Assembly (NCBI GenBank): GCA_013265495.1
Contig: MU058570.1
Coordinates: 186,001 to 250,000 of the forward strand
Length of the DNA: 64,000 bases
From: Vicugna vicugna
Lineage: Eukaryota
Direction of reading: 5' to 3'
Below are positions 13,380-26,542 of the stretch, piece by piece (position 1 is the first letter of the stretch; each line of letters begins with the position of its first letter). A program made the position numbers and the translations under genes. Under the pieces are notes generated by a model, which was not told the origin of the DNA, made no database searches, and saw only the letters and a list, made by a program, of their open reading frames with translations.

Positions 13380-13935
13380 GGAGCTCTAATGATGCCTCTC
13401 TGATGGCCCCAAACCTCATTTCCTATCTACCCACCTCTGGTATATTTATTTTTACTGCTAGCCCAAAACCTAGGCATCACTCTTAATTCTTCCTTGACCC
13501 CTCCCAGCACAGAGCTTCTCCCCACCAATCCATATGCAGGAGGTGTTGATTCGAGCGGCATATTGTCTTGAATGAACCTACAGCTTTCTGTCTTCCTATC
13601 ACCATCTTCATCTCTCATTTGGACAAAGCTTTTCACTCTTGACCTTGTCCTATCTTTTCTCCACCTGGCAGCAGAATAAATCAGGCATAAATCAAATGCT
13701 GGCATTTCCTACTTTGAAGAGTCAGTTGGCTCCCTATCTTCTACTTGGCTCCCTGTCTTCAAGAATAAAATTTGGGACTTCTTACCATGATCCACAGGAC
13801 CTGCAAACCTGACCCCTGTTTTCCTTGCTAATCTTCTCATTCGACTTTGTTCCTTGATGACAAGGCTCCAGGCACACCTGTATATTCCTCTTCGTAAATG
13901 TGCTAACTGTGCCTTTCCCACCTTGGGACTTTGGT
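13380..13935 (-). mobile_element. L2 fragment
   Basis: L2-like phrases such as gcccaaaacctaggcatcactctt and ctgtgcctttcccaccttgggactttg. Confidence 0.5.
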
Positions 13936-14536
13936 ACCGGCAGTGTAGAATCCGCCTGATGCGAGGGGAGCTATGGAAGCATGCAGCTCATGCTTTTGTT
14001 CCATGAGCAAGAGTCCTTTGATCCAAGCATCTCATCTTCCGCTATGAAACTGTGGTAGGCTAATTTGTTAGCTTGAAGTAGGGTAGAATCTGAAACCCTT
14101 CCCAGCTCACCATTCCCGTGTGCTTGGGAACAACCTACCTTAGAGGAGATCAGACAAGCTTGGCTACTTATTAAATACACTGCTGTTGAGCAGACCTGGC
14201 AGTTCACCTCCCATACACTGCACTTTCCCCCTCCACCCTTAATATCATATGTACCTTTTTTTCCCCAAGAAACTGAAACAGATTTTATTTCTGATCATGT
14301 AATAGCTTAAAGTTTATTTCTTCTGAGTCTTCCTTCTGTTGACAATGTCAGGTCACAACTTGTCAGGTAGTTGCATCACGGATTTCCAAGCTCACCTTCC
14401 ACTGTGTTTTTCCCCTTTAACTGAGATGTACCTGGAAATAACTCAGATGGCTGTAATGGCCTTCAGTAATTCTATTATCCTGATTTGTTGATGTTAATCC
14501 AGTGACGGTTAATGTCAAATTTACCCAATAGTCTTT

Positions 14537-14668
14537 TTGTTTTTGTTTTTTGGGGGGATGGGTAATTAGGTTTGTTTATTATTTATTTTTAGAGAAGGTT
14601 CTGGGGATTGAACCCAGGACCTCCTGCATGCTAAGCATGTGCTCTACCACTAGAGCTATACCCTCCCC
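14537..14668 (-). mobile_element. tRNA-derived SINE (Vic-1-like)
   Basis: Reverse-oriented A/B boxes. Perfect 15-bp TSD tacccaatagtcttt at 14522-14536 and 14669-14683. Confidence 0.93.
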
Positions 14669-14929
14669 TACCCAATAGTCTTTGATTTCAGAATTACTTA
14701 TAATAGTGGACTACTGAATCATATACATAAATCTTGATCAATAATCTTCTACTTGTATCTCATGACCAATTATCTTTCTAAACAAGCTTTACAAATGTAA
14801 AATATGCAATATTGCTTAAATATACAATATATAGTTTCTACGGTCTCAGACAGGCTTTAAACATCATACACACTTTAAATTGAATATTAAATACTACTGC
14901 CTGATGGGATGGCATTAAGAAATTTCAGC

Positions 14930-17200
14930 TTTAATACATGGAAGAAGCAGGAGTGATTCATCTCTTTATCCTCATAATAGTCCTATTTGGCCTAAGCTAG
15001 ACACAGTGATGGAGTGGGTATAGCTCAGTGGTAGAGCATGTGCTTACCATGCACAAGGTCCTGGATTCAATCCCCAGTACCTCCATTAAAATAATAATAA
15101 TAATTTTTTAAAAAACTGAATGGAGTAAAAACTGTTTAGGAAGTCCAACTGGCTAAAATTAGATAGATTATGACTAATGCTTGCTTTTCTGTATGAATTT
15201 TGCAAGGAATTCAGGCCAGGCACAACTCACTTTATTATGGAAGGAGTGTATTATACCTTCACTGTCTTCCTGCAAGGGTGCTCAAGCCTCCAGTAAATGG
15301 TCACAACCTGGTGAGAAGAAGTTTAGGTTTGATTGCCATCCAAAGTAAGTTGTTTTTCACACTGATGGTTTTGTGATGGTCTCTGTCTCAGAAAAACTGT
15401 CAGGGAAGATTGGAGAACTCTCAGCGCATATGACCAGCTAGAGATGGTTACTGCACTTGGCTAAAATGCAGCTCCAGTCAGTTCAGTTCCTGGGAATTAC
15501 CCTGGGCCAAGACCATGGAGATACTAGACAGAGCTGCTTAGGATACTTCCAGTTGCTTGGAATTGGTGTTTTTTTCCCAAAGGCAATAAGGGCTGGATAG
15601 AGACATCATCTTTTATGTCTACACCAGGATGACTCTAAACGCTGCCCAGCTGCCTGTTGGTACAGTTCCTTCGTCCTTTGCCTTTCTAATCCTATTATCC
15701 CCTCCTTCCTTGTAATGGCCAAAAGGAAAAGTTAGGATGAGGCCAGTCCTGCTGTCTGTCCTGTGAGTGGGCAGTATGGCTGAATCCAGAAATGCAGGTT
15801 CTCATTATCCATCTCAAACCAGATAATGTATGGACAGAGTGGGGAATTGTGGCAGATGGAAATGGAGAAGACAAATGGATAATGATACTGGGAAAGGATA
15901 ATGTATGTTGTCCAAAGTTTGCAACTTAGAGCAAGACAATAATACTCTTAAATGTTGGTGGTGCCAAACTGTGGCAGATTCTGGGAGAAACCTCTGAATT
16001 TCCTTTCCTTTGAGAAGGAGATTTGAACTGAAGTCAGAGTGCAAGCTATTCTTTAGAATTCTGTTTGGTTGATTGAGACAAATGACCTCACTCAGTACGT
16101 CCTGATGACCAACTGGGATAACTGTAGACTGGATTGGGGTGGTTTTCATTTTGTTTGTTTTGGCTGTGTTTGTGGTAATGGTTTTTTTCTGGTCTTGAGA
16201 GAAATCCTATCTTTGAACTTGGATGGACATGTTGTCTATTGTGCCTGGAAGCTGATATGCTATACTGTTGTGAGCAAGGATGGCATCACTTATGGGTATA
16301 AGAGGAGCCGCATCTTGCTGTTCACATAATATCTCAGAATCACCTCTGCCTTTTGACTACATAATTGTGAATGTGGATAAAAACCATGTAAGCAAGCATT
16401 CATGGAATCATAGTGGTGTCCAAGAGTGTGACTGTGATATGGTGGCCATGCCCCCATTGAATCCCCTGGCACGTTGGAAAGGCAGGTGAGTGGGTCTGCA
16501 CAGTGAAACCTGAGAGCCTGGGTTAGTGAAAACTTACATCCTTGTGTGTGGGATATGGTCGTGTCCCAGACCAGATGGGAGGGACCTAGAGTTGGCTGAG
16601 CAGTGGTCTCTAGTGATCACCTTGGTTAAGGGAAATAAATGGTATATGAGAAAAAAAGAGTGTTTTTACTTGGAAAGCTGGAAAGATGGCACCGTAATAT
16701 CAACTGATGTATTAAGCACTACTTTAATCTCTGGGCTGCAGTTGCAGAGTATAGTAAGATTTTTAGCTTCACATATAGAGCTAAATGAATATCAAGCCAA
16801 TGAAGAAGATGATCTCTAAGATGAAAAGATGTTTTGGGACATAGACTTAAGACACCCAATTGATGTAATTCCCATGGAAACGTGCCGAAAGACACGATGG
16901 AGTTGAATGAATGCTTCTGTCAACATCTATAAAAGGGGGCAAACCATGGAGGTGATATGGGGGAGTGGAGGAGGGAGGAATAGAGCATCTGGCCAAGGCA
17001 TATAGTATATCAGAAATCTTGTGAGTGGAACAGAGTCTTGTTAACTTGTTTTGTGGAGAGAATTCCAGCTCCTCAGTGGAGGATACAGGTCTTTGTGGCT
17101 GTCTACATTTTAGTACACAGGTATATATATATTTTTGGACAACAGGTATTGTAGAAGTTGCTGTTCTAAGAATAAGAAAATGCTTCAAGTTTGTATCAAG
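14930..17200 (+). mobile_element. Decayed ERVL-type pol remnant (RT, RNase H, possibly integrase)
   Basis: MEEAGVI..HNSPIWP, MEGVYYTFTVFLQG..GHNLVRRSL, VQFLGIT, LRAWVSE and GRDLELAEQWSLVITL, compared with ERVL SPFNSPIWP, QYTFTVLPQGY..CHNLVRRDL, VKFLGV, RAWFTDG and QWAELRAV. Confidence 0.75.
15010..15115 (+). mobile_element. tRNA-derived SINE inserted in the ERVL RT remnant
   Basis: gggtatagctcagtggtagagc..ggattcaatccccagtacctcc followed by an A-rich tail. Confidence 0.9.
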
Positions 17201-17862
17201 GAGATTTTAATGGAGTTCAGGAGGCAAACGGGAAGGAAGGGGTTAACAGCCGCTTCTGTGGTCTTTCCTCTAGCCTCGGGGTATCTGAGGATTTGACTCT
17301 CGGTCTTTTCTCTCAGGAACATTAACTCAAAGTATTCTTGGGATGATAGGCTACTGATTAAATAGAATCTGGTGGAGAATTATAGTCTGTACATGCACGT
17401 TGTCAAAATTGGTTATTGAAGAATGAGTAATTGACAACGATGAGATGCAGCTGCCCTGAAGAAGGAGAGATGGGGTAGTCAAAGGGAGGGAAGGGGCTGC
17501 ACGACCAGCTGGCGTAAAGCTGAAGGGGGCTCAGAGCTGATGGCTTCCCTGAACTGAGGTCATTTGTGCTCAGTCTTGTCTCTTGTGAGCACACATGTCC
17601 CAAGCTCAGGATCACTGTGCCTTGGAGTCATGGGACTTCCGCTGTGCCACGGCTGTTCATGCCAGGGTATAGCATGTCCTCTATCCTTTAGCAAGGCTAA
17701 GTAAACTTGATGCTGGGTGGGGTCTATTTTGCCTTGAGAGTTTGTCTATCTGAATCCAAGTCCCTTGTGGCTGGTAGAGCAGAGTGGACAATGCGACTAC
17801 CTTAACCATTACATCATACGTTGTAAATTTTTAGATTCTTAGTCATAGTGTTTAATTCACAG

Positions 17863-17979
17863 CTGTGATAAACACTTGATGGAAGGTTGGAAACATGAGG
17901 CTCATTGATGTTGAAATATACGCTTAAGAAGATAAAGGATAATTCCTTAGATATGCCTCAAGATCTTCTTCCCAGATAT
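17863..17979 (+). pseudogene. Dynein-like pseudo-exon (tail region)
   Basis: Acceptor ttcacag and donor gtaagt. Mixed-frame reading KVGNMRLIDVE / LKYTLKKIKDNSLDMPQDLLPRY resembles DHC tail segments only weakly. Confidence 0.35.
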
Positions 17980-18120
17980 GTAAGTTGCATTTATCTGATG
18001 GAGATCTTTATCTTACTTAAGCAGCCAGTACCAAAGAAAAATATGATGGAAAGTACTCCCATTTGGCTTTCTATTTATTGGGAATAAATACTGTCCACAT
18101 CTGTAATGTGTTATTTGTAG

Positions 18121-18308
18121 AGCCATGCTTACAAATAGCAGCTGAAAACACTCTCTCTAAATTTGTCATTTGAAAGAAAAAGTTCATGAAGATTATAAAA
18201 AGAAGCTAGTTGACTTTCATCTCAAAATATAAGAATTCTAAGCATCTGATAGATTGACTTCTTTTTGTCACTAATCAAGACTATCTAAAAGCACTTGAAG
18301 AATTGAAC
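18121..18308 (+). pseudogene. Dynein-like pseudo-exon (pre-linker coiled region)
   Basis: Acceptor tttgtag and donor gtaagt. Reads KVHEDYKKKLVDFHLKI*EF*ASDRL then DYLKALEELN, resembling the 'EF...GDL..YLKK...L' stretch of inner-arm DHCs. Confidence 0.5.
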
Positions 18309-18609
18309 GTAAGTTATGAAATATTTTGGGAGAGCAAAAACGATTTCATTCAAGTCCCAGCTCCGCTGTCACCTCTTTGGGGGCCTGGCTGAACGGCTGA
18401 ACTACTCTACCTAATGTCTTCCTCTGGCTCCTTCCCTCTGGGTACTTTCCACCCAACAAGTCAAGGTTCTCCATCTCACTACCCTCATTTATTTTGTACC
18501 CTACCACATTCCCCTCTAGAATGTAAGCTTCATGTGGGCAAAGTCTGTTCTGCTTGATCACCGTGTCCCTCCAGTGCCTAAGAGCATTGTCTGGAACATG
18601 ATAGCCGTT

Positions 18610-18860
18610 CAATTGGAAGATACCAAATATATTTAGATTTCATTTCAGATATGAAAGGTAGTTATTTGGTAACAATTGGCATAAATGGAATATGGTGTGC
18701 ATTTTTCCTGCAACATGGTATCTTGACAAATGTACAATACCAAGTATTTATATAGTCAGAGTATATGTTGTGCTTTGCAGTTAGAGACCACTGGTGATGT
18801 TGTACCCGTGACTTAAATATAGATTGAGTGTTAAAACCAGAGGTGGTGACTGTGGAAACT
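18610..18860 (+). pseudogene. Dynein-like pseudo-exon (EE/RExLFG motif, start of linker)
   Basis: Reads QLEDTKYI..YER*LFGNN..RDHW*..DLNID, compared with consensus N.EExLFG...PY..LW...W...(L/I)D. Confidence 0.45.
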
Positions 18861-19325
18861 AGCTACTTAGATCTCCTGCAGAGGGGAATGTAGTTGACTG
18901 GCAGCTCCAGCTGCTGCTGCTCCGGATTCATCACCGTGTTTGCACTGAAATTTTGCTTCCCCTGGGCTGCTCCCAGCCAATAACCAAGCATGGTAGACAT
19001 CCTAGTGGGATGTGGGACTCCTCACTGGCTGGGTTAAAACTTCCTTGGAACTACACTGCAGTCTTAAAACTGCAGTGTCTTAGACTCTTCCTCCCCAGTC
19101 CTCCTTCCTTCCTTCTTTCCTTCTGGGAGGTCCAGCCAATGAGAAGCATTGGCAGAAGTTTGGAGATTTGGAAGAAAGGAAAAGCAAGGGTCTTTCTTCT
19201 TGATACCTCTGCTTCCTGTGATACCTCCAGCATCAGCATCTCCATGTCTCCCATCTCCCTCCATGTAATATATCCCTTCTCTCTGTGGTCCAGTCCCCTC
19301 TAGGCTGCCTCTGCTGAACCTGTAG
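18860..19325. mobile_element. LTR16-like ERVL LTR
   Basis: gctccagctgctg..catcaccgtgtttgcactga..ctgggctgctcccagccaa motif typical of LTR16; assigned from memory. Confidence 0.5.
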
Positions 19326-19629
19326 CCGCATCCAATGGCCACTGCGATCAAACAATTTCTGTTGGCTTGGAGATTGACAAATGCACAAATTCCAGGAGAA
19401 AATTCAGAAAGAGATGCTAATTTCTAAGAATTTAATATTTCAAAGAGTAGATTTATAATAGATTATATAATAAATGTTGTTCATATTGGAAAAAGTATGT
19501 AGATGTATTTTACTCCATATAAAAATTAAATCCAATAGATTCAAGACTTAAAATGTATTTTATTTTAAAGTTAAAATATAGGAGGGTACAGGTATAATTT
19601 GGGATAATGGCAATGGTTTGTCACTGCAT

Positions 19630-20225
19630 TGCTTGTCTATTGCCATGTAACAAATTATTCCTACACGTAGCAGTTTAAAACACTAAACATTTATTATCTC
19701 ACAGACTTTCTAAGGATCAGGAATTTCAGTGGCTTTGCTGAGTGGTTCTTGTTCAGAGTCTTCCATGCGGTTGAAATCAAGTTGTTGGCAAGGGCTACAG
19801 TCATCTGAAAGCTCAAGTGGGACTGGAGAATCTGATTTTAATTGCACCCATATGGTTCTTGGCAGGTTTCAGTTCCACACTGGTCATTGGCAGGAGGCCT
19901 CCATTTCTCCCCATGTAGACCTTTCCATAAGGCTCCTCACATCATGGTAGCTTGCTTCCCTCAGAGTGAGAGATGGAGGGAGGGGAGAGAGAGGGAGAGG
20001 GAAAGGGAGAGAGGGAGAAAATGAATGAGAATGAATGCACCCAAGATGGAAGCCTCAGTCTTTTTCTAACCAAATTTTAGAAGTGACATCTCATCACTTC
20101 TGCCATATTCTTTTCTCTGGAAATCATTAAATTCAGCCCACACCCAATGGGAAGGGTATGAAACTCTACCTCTTGATGGGAGGAGTACCACAGGGATTGT
20201 GGGCACATCTTTAACACCACCACAG
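19630..20225. mobile_element. MaLR LTR (MLT1-type)
   Basis: tctattgccatgtaacaaatta..tttattatctcacag..agtgacatctcatcacttctgccatattc..cacatctttaa. Confidence 0.7.
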
Positions 20226-20614
20226 TAACCAAGAGGAGAATAAGCCACAAAAAAAAAATCTGGTTATATGAAGATACAGAACATTTGCATGGCAAAATAC
20301 TGTGAAAGTTAATGGACAAGAGACAGCTTGAGAGAGTTTGTAGTGCAGATAAGAGTAAATCTCTGATATATAAAGAACGTATAAAATTTGACAAGAAATA
20401 GACAACCTGCTAGACAAATCTGCAAAGGATATTGAATCAGTAAGGACTTTTGTTTGACTGCTGTTGACAGAGACCCGCCTGCAGTGGCTTACAGACTTGA
20501 GGGTTTGTTTGCTTTTGTAACAGGTCCAGAGGGAGGAGACTGCTGGCCCTGGTTCAGGGCTGAGATGTTTTCATTCACTTGATCTTTCTCTTACAGTTAC
20601 AAATGGCTGCTAGA

Positions 20615-21682
20615 ACTTTATTTTATTGAAGTACTGTCAGTTATGATGTGTCAGTTTCTGGTGTGCAGCATAATGTCCCAGTCATGTATATACATACATA
20701 TATTCGTTTTCATATTTTTTTCACTAAAGGTTATTACAAGATATTGAACATAGTTCCTTGTGTTATACAGCAGAAACTTGATTTTTATTAAATCTATTTT
20801 TATATATAGTGGCTAACATTTGTAAATCTCAAACTTCCAAATTTATCCCTTCCTAACTCCTTTCCCCAGTAACCATAAGATTATTTACTATGTCTGCAAG
20901 TCTGTTTCTGTTTTGTAGATGAGTTCATAGTGTCCTTTATTTGTTTGTTTTAGATTCCACATATGAGTGATATAATATGGTATTTGTCTTTCTCTTTCTG
21001 GTTTACTTCACCTAGAATGACATCCTCCAGGTCCAACCATGTTGCTGCAAATGATATTATTTATACCATAACTTCTTTATCCAGTCATCTGTCAATGGAC
21101 ATTTGGGTTGCTTCCATGTCTTAGCTATTGTATATAATGCTGCTTTGAACATGGGATGCATGTATCTTTTTGAATTAGAGTTCCCTTCTGATACGTACCC
21201 AGAAGTGGGATTGCTGGATCATATGGTAGTCTATTTTTAGTTTTTTGAGGACTCTCCATACCGTTTGACATAATGGCTGCACCAAACTACATTACCACCA
21301 ACAGTGTAGGAAAGCTCCCTTTTCTCCACACACTCTCTAGCATTTATTGTTCATGGACTTCTGAATGATGGTCATTCTGACTGGTGTGAGGTGTACCTCA
21401 TTATAGTTTTGATTTGCATTTCTCTGATAATTGGTGATATTGAGCATTAGTGCCTATTGGCCATTCGTATGTCTTCATTGGAGAATTGCTTGTTTGGGTC
21501 TTCTGCCCACTTTTGGATTAGGTTGTTTGGTTTTTTGTTATTGTATGAGTGGTTTATATATTCTGGAAAGTAAATCAGTCACATCATTTGCAAATATTTT
21601 CTCCCATTCCATAGATTGTTGTTCTGTTTATGGTTTCTTTTGCTGTGCAAAAGCTTATAAGTTTAATTAGATCCCATTTGTT
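20615..21682 (-). mobile_element. L1 3' end
   Basis: L1 3' UTR plus ORF2 end ([16 protein letters not shown] on the minus strand). Confidence 0.9.
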
Positions 21683-23919
21683 AGCAATGGCTAAGGGGGG
21701 AGGCAATGGAATGTTTGCCACAGCTATAAAAGAGCTGGAATCAGACTGCATTAAAATTTGAATCTGTATCTCTAGAAACAAGACAATAGGACCCCTGCTT
21801 TGAAGTGGGGAAGGAAAAGAACTTTGACCTAGAGCTTTCCACGCAGTAAAACCACTCCAGGTAAAGCCCACAAGGGAGCGGATGTGGAGATAGAGAGCAG
21901 CCCGGGGAGTTTGGTTAGGAACCAGCCCTGTCGGAGGAAGGGAAGGAAGCAAGGTTAGGTGAAGAGTGAAACTGGACTGCACTGGAGCCCTGGCAGAGGA
22001 CACAGCAGACCCCAGGGGGAGCTCTCAGGCGAGATGGCCTTCAGAATTGCCCTGCATTGTGTGGGGTCTTTCTACTCCCATAATACGGACCAGTCTCTGG
22101 GTGCAGGATGCCCCCAGGAAAGGGAATGCAACCTTAGATGAGGCAGCTTCGTTCACCTGGGAGCCATTTCTGGAAAAGACTGAAAGGTGGGACTCCTAGC
22201 TGCTGGGGAACTAAGTTCTTCAGTCGTAAGGGAGGGATCTGAGGGTCACATCCCAGCACGGAGCACAGAGATGAACATTTATTCGACAAATATTTTTTCA
22301 GCACCTGCTATGTGGCAGGCATACTTCGAGGCACTTGCTTATGGGCAGACAAATCATAAATGTAATAAATAAGAATGTTATATAGTTGGGCATCAATCAA
22401 CATTCAGCCAAGAAAATCAAACCACCCTAGGATTTTCAGATAGAAGGAGTTTTGTACAGAGAAGTAATACAGGTATTGAAAGAGTGAGGGAGCCAAATGG
22501 GATGTCATGTGCCCAGAGTCAGCAACAGCAGGACGCTGCTACCATCTGTAGGGCCAGAGCAACAAAAGGAAGGTGCAGTTTTACTAGAACCTAGAAGCTG
22601 AGGCTACTGATGGGAGCTGGAGGCTCAGTGAGGGCAGCCTGGAAAGCACTGAATCACAGAGGAAGGGGACGCATGCAGGGAGGCGGAGTCACGGGGAGGA
22701 CATAGATGACATAGGAGGTGCCCCAGGAAGCAGAGAGGGGAGGAGGACCCCAGTCTTTTTCATCTTTCCATCCTCAGCCTCCTGCCAGCACCTCTCATGG
22801 GCTGGATCCCCCAGAAACCAGAGGGCAGTTGAATCCAGGAAACTTCGCTCCCTGTGCCCAGGGCAGGGCAGGAGAATGGTAGGGACTGATCTGTGAGCAA
22901 ACCACCGTTGAACATCATAGTATGTTTAGAAGGCGATCAGTTTAAGGTTTTTTAATTTTGGAAATAAAAGAAATTGGGGAGCAAAATACAGGGAACCAGG
23001 GGTTTGAGAGTAGAAGGAGGAGAGGGAAGACCACATTGTGAGAAGGTGACATTTGAGCAAAGAATTGAGGTGAGGGACAGGGCAGAATGATTGTCCCGGG
23101 GAAGAACACCGTGTGCCAGAGAGGAAAGAGCTAGAACAGAGGCACGAGGTGAGCTGGCCCCTGCCTGCTCCTGTTAGAGAGACAGTGAGGAAGGTGGGTC
23201 GGAGCTGGACAAAGGCAATGTGAGTGGCCAGTGGTGTGGCTGAGAGGAATGTGAACCAGGTCACGGTGGCACTGAACAAGTGTGACTTCAAGTAAAATCA
23301 GGAGCCACTGCATGGTTTTAATTAGAGGAGGGACATTCAAATGCGTGGTTTAAATGTAGGCTTTACCAAACCCATGGACTTCTCAGCATGCCACCCACAG
23401 ACTTTCTGAAAAAAAAAAGATTACAGCCTACTAGAGGCTGTAATTCAGCCAGAAGAAAAATTAGTTCAGGAGGAAGTGGAGAGATGCAATGGTAAGGAAA
23501 ATCTCGAGCTCTCTAAATAAGTCCTAATTGAGGAAATGTTTCAGAAGAGTGATCTGGAATTAGAATTCTAGATGATTTCAGTATGGAAGTAGGGCAGCGA
23601 GGGGTAGGGGCAAGCAGAGGAGTAGAAGAACACACGCTGCCTCTTGCCCTGTCTTGAAAAGTTACAAAGAGGGACCTCATTCGAAAAATATGTGAATTAA
23701 ACATTTAAAGCTTAAAATTCAAGGTTCAACATTTAAGGGTAAATCACTGAGATAATAAATATAGAATACACAACTTTCTAACTTATGGGGGAAAAAACCT
23801 GGAACTGAGGAGGTTTAATTCAAGAAAAGGCAAGAAAAACATGTGTGGGTGGTAGGCAGTACTGATAGAAGAAACAGAGAGCTTGGAAAAGGAAAAAACA
23901 AAATTAGGTAGCAGGAATC

Positions 23920-24260
23920 TGTTAAACATAGTTACCATTTGACCCAGCAATTCTCCTGGGTATCCAAACCAAGCTGTACACAAATGTTTATAGCAGCATT
24001 ATTTGCAATAGCCCAAAGGTAGAAACAACCCAAATGTCCATCTGCAGATGAATGGATAAACAACATGTGTATTTATATACCAGAATATTATTCAGCCCTA
24101 GAAAGGAATAAAGTGCTTACATTCATGCTATAGCATGGATAAACCTTGAAAACATTACGATAAGCAAAAGAAGGCAGTCACAAATAGACCGCATATTACA
24201 TGATTCAATTTGTATGAAATGCTCAGAATAGACAAATGTATAGCTAGAGAAAGTGGACTC
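23920..24260 (+). mobile_element. Old L1M 3' fragment
   Basis: accatttgacccagcaattc..aaacaacccaaatgtccatc..gaatggataaac. Confidence 0.7.
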
Positions 24261-24877
24261 AAGTTTGCTTGTTGGAGGGCAATGAGGATGAAATGGGGAT
24301 GACCGTTGAAGTGTAGGACTACAGAGAGAAACTGATGGACATGCGGTGGTGACCAAATGGCTGATTTCTCCATGAGCTCCCTTGCTGTTAGGTGTGGTAG
24401 GTTCCCCTGCGTCTCTGATAGAGTTTGCGCAGCATTGGGCATTTGACAGATTTATTCAGCGAATGTTGATGGGCACTGGTGATGCCACTGTGAATGCCAT
24501 GGACCCCTGCCTAGCCTCACAAAGCACAGGATGGCCACGGTCACGTGGGACATGTTGCACTGACTGAGAACCCTGAGGAGGCGTATTAAATCAGAATGGA
24601 CCTCCCCGGAATAGGATGCAGGGAATGACCTTGAGTAGAGAGAAAACCAGGCTTCCATGTTAATTATACATTCAGTGTTGGTGAAATGGAATTAATTATC
24701 TCTATCTTCGGAAATGCTGCAGCACACTTTCTACCTTTTTTTTTTTCACATTCCTGGAGCTACAGGCATCCTCACAATTACTTGCAAAATGTTTAAAAAC
24801 AAGTGCTGCAATATAGTGGAGAAACAAATCTGAAGATTTTCTGAGTTTGATTACAGTTGGACTTAGCTGACCTGTGG

Positions 24878-24897
24878 TTTGTATGTGTGTGTGTGTT

Positions 24898-24938
<41 letters not shown>
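24878..24938. repeat. Compound (TG)n(TA)n microsatellite
   Basis: Directly visible. Confidence 0.95.
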
Positions 24939-24940
<2 letters not shown>

Positions 24941-26431
24941 TTTCTTTTTACTGTGTTGCTTTTTTTTTCAGCTTTGAGGTACTATTGACATGTAACATAT
25001 GTAAGTTTAAAGCGCACAATGCGATGATTTGTTGTGTGTATGTATTGTGAAATGATGATATGTTGGTATATTTTGATTTCTACTTTGAAATGTGGATTCA
25101 GGTGTCTGTAGGCTTAGCCCTGCCTCTGTCTTTGATTTAATGTCTGTGACTTTGCAAAGGTGACTTAATTATTCCTGGATGCTGAAGGCTGTATCAGACT
25201 GTTATATCGTCAGCACCCCTTTGAAAAGAGAAAATGTGAAAAAGCATTTTAGATGAAAACAATAGATTATTTTTCATTACCCCTAGCCCAGGGTTCATCA
25301 TCTCACCATGAAAGAGAATCTAGCTAATCTCTTCTTTCTTTAGGGAGTCTACCAAGTCTTTATACAAGATCTGGGTCTAATTTGGTTCTGTGTATTTCTG
25401 CCCCTCCTTCTGTTGATGGTGAGACTCTTTCATAACTCATGACTATGCATTTGCCACATGTGTTCCGTCTGACACCACCTCTCTGGCCGTGGCTGTCTGG
25501 ACATTGACTAAAGCTCTGACCCAAGGCAAGTCCAACTACACACCAGTCAGTGACCCAAGTGGCCTGATTTGAAGGCATCAGTAGAGTCAATCAGATTCCC
25601 CTTTGTGGAGTGTGGAGTGAGCCAACAGACTGAGGCTAACAGTAGGAGGAGGCCAGAGGTGAGCAAATGCAATCAAGCTGCACAGGGGCCATGAGAAGCC
25701 CATGGCAAGGCAGTTAGGAGCGAGGAGAAGAGGAGGCGTTAAAAAGATTGAGCTGGTGTCATTCACCAACCTACCAACCTGAACCAGTCTGACGGCTTGG
25801 TGAAGGTCAGGGGTGTGGTTGGTATGTGTGTGAGTGTCACAACTGGCAGCCTCACTGCTTCCTAAGTCACAGATCAAATCTAGCCAAGTGTTCTGGCTGT
25901 GCTAACAGAGGTCTCCCAGCTTGTCTGGGGTGGGATGAAGTCCCCCCTCCCTCTCATTCTCCTCTGGTTGTTCGACCAGCACTTGTATGAAAGGAACCTT
26001 CCCAAGTAGATGGGATGCCTTAAGGTGGGAGGTGGCAGTAGCCTCCTTAAAACAGACCAACCCCAGAGGAAAGGCTTCTATCCCCTGTGAGATGCCACAT
26101 GATCAGCGGAAAGAAACAGACTCGGAAAATGAAAATAAATTGGGGAGAGTGATGTGACCAGCATCTGCATCAGGGTTACATGAGCCGGATGCCTGAAAGC
26201 GTCTGTGCCTGCATCTGTGTGGGACGGGCAGGCAGGAGAGTACTGGGTCCCCTTCCTCAGGCACTGGAAGGGATATCCACCTTTACCTGCTGGAGAGGGT
26301 CAAAATCTCTGCACCACAACATAGTAAAGGATTGGGGCATGACGCCAACATTTCAGCAGGTGAATTGCAGGACTTAAAAATGTTTTGAAACTACATTTTG
26401 AAGTAGAGAAAATAGCATTTGTTATTCCAAG

Positions 26432-26542
26432 AAATTGGGAGCTATCATTCCATTCATCCTCTCTTTCTCCACTGTGGGTGATTTTGTAGCTGTACTATGT
26501 CTCCCTTCCTTTGGACCCGATCTGGTTCATCCCCACTGGCAA
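26432..26542 (+). pseudogene. Dynein-like pseudo-exon (linker RHW motif)
   Basis: Acceptor ttccaag and donor gtgagc. Reads ..FVAVLCLPSFGPDLVHPHWQ, compared with L.NPGLRERHWQ. Confidence 0.5.
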
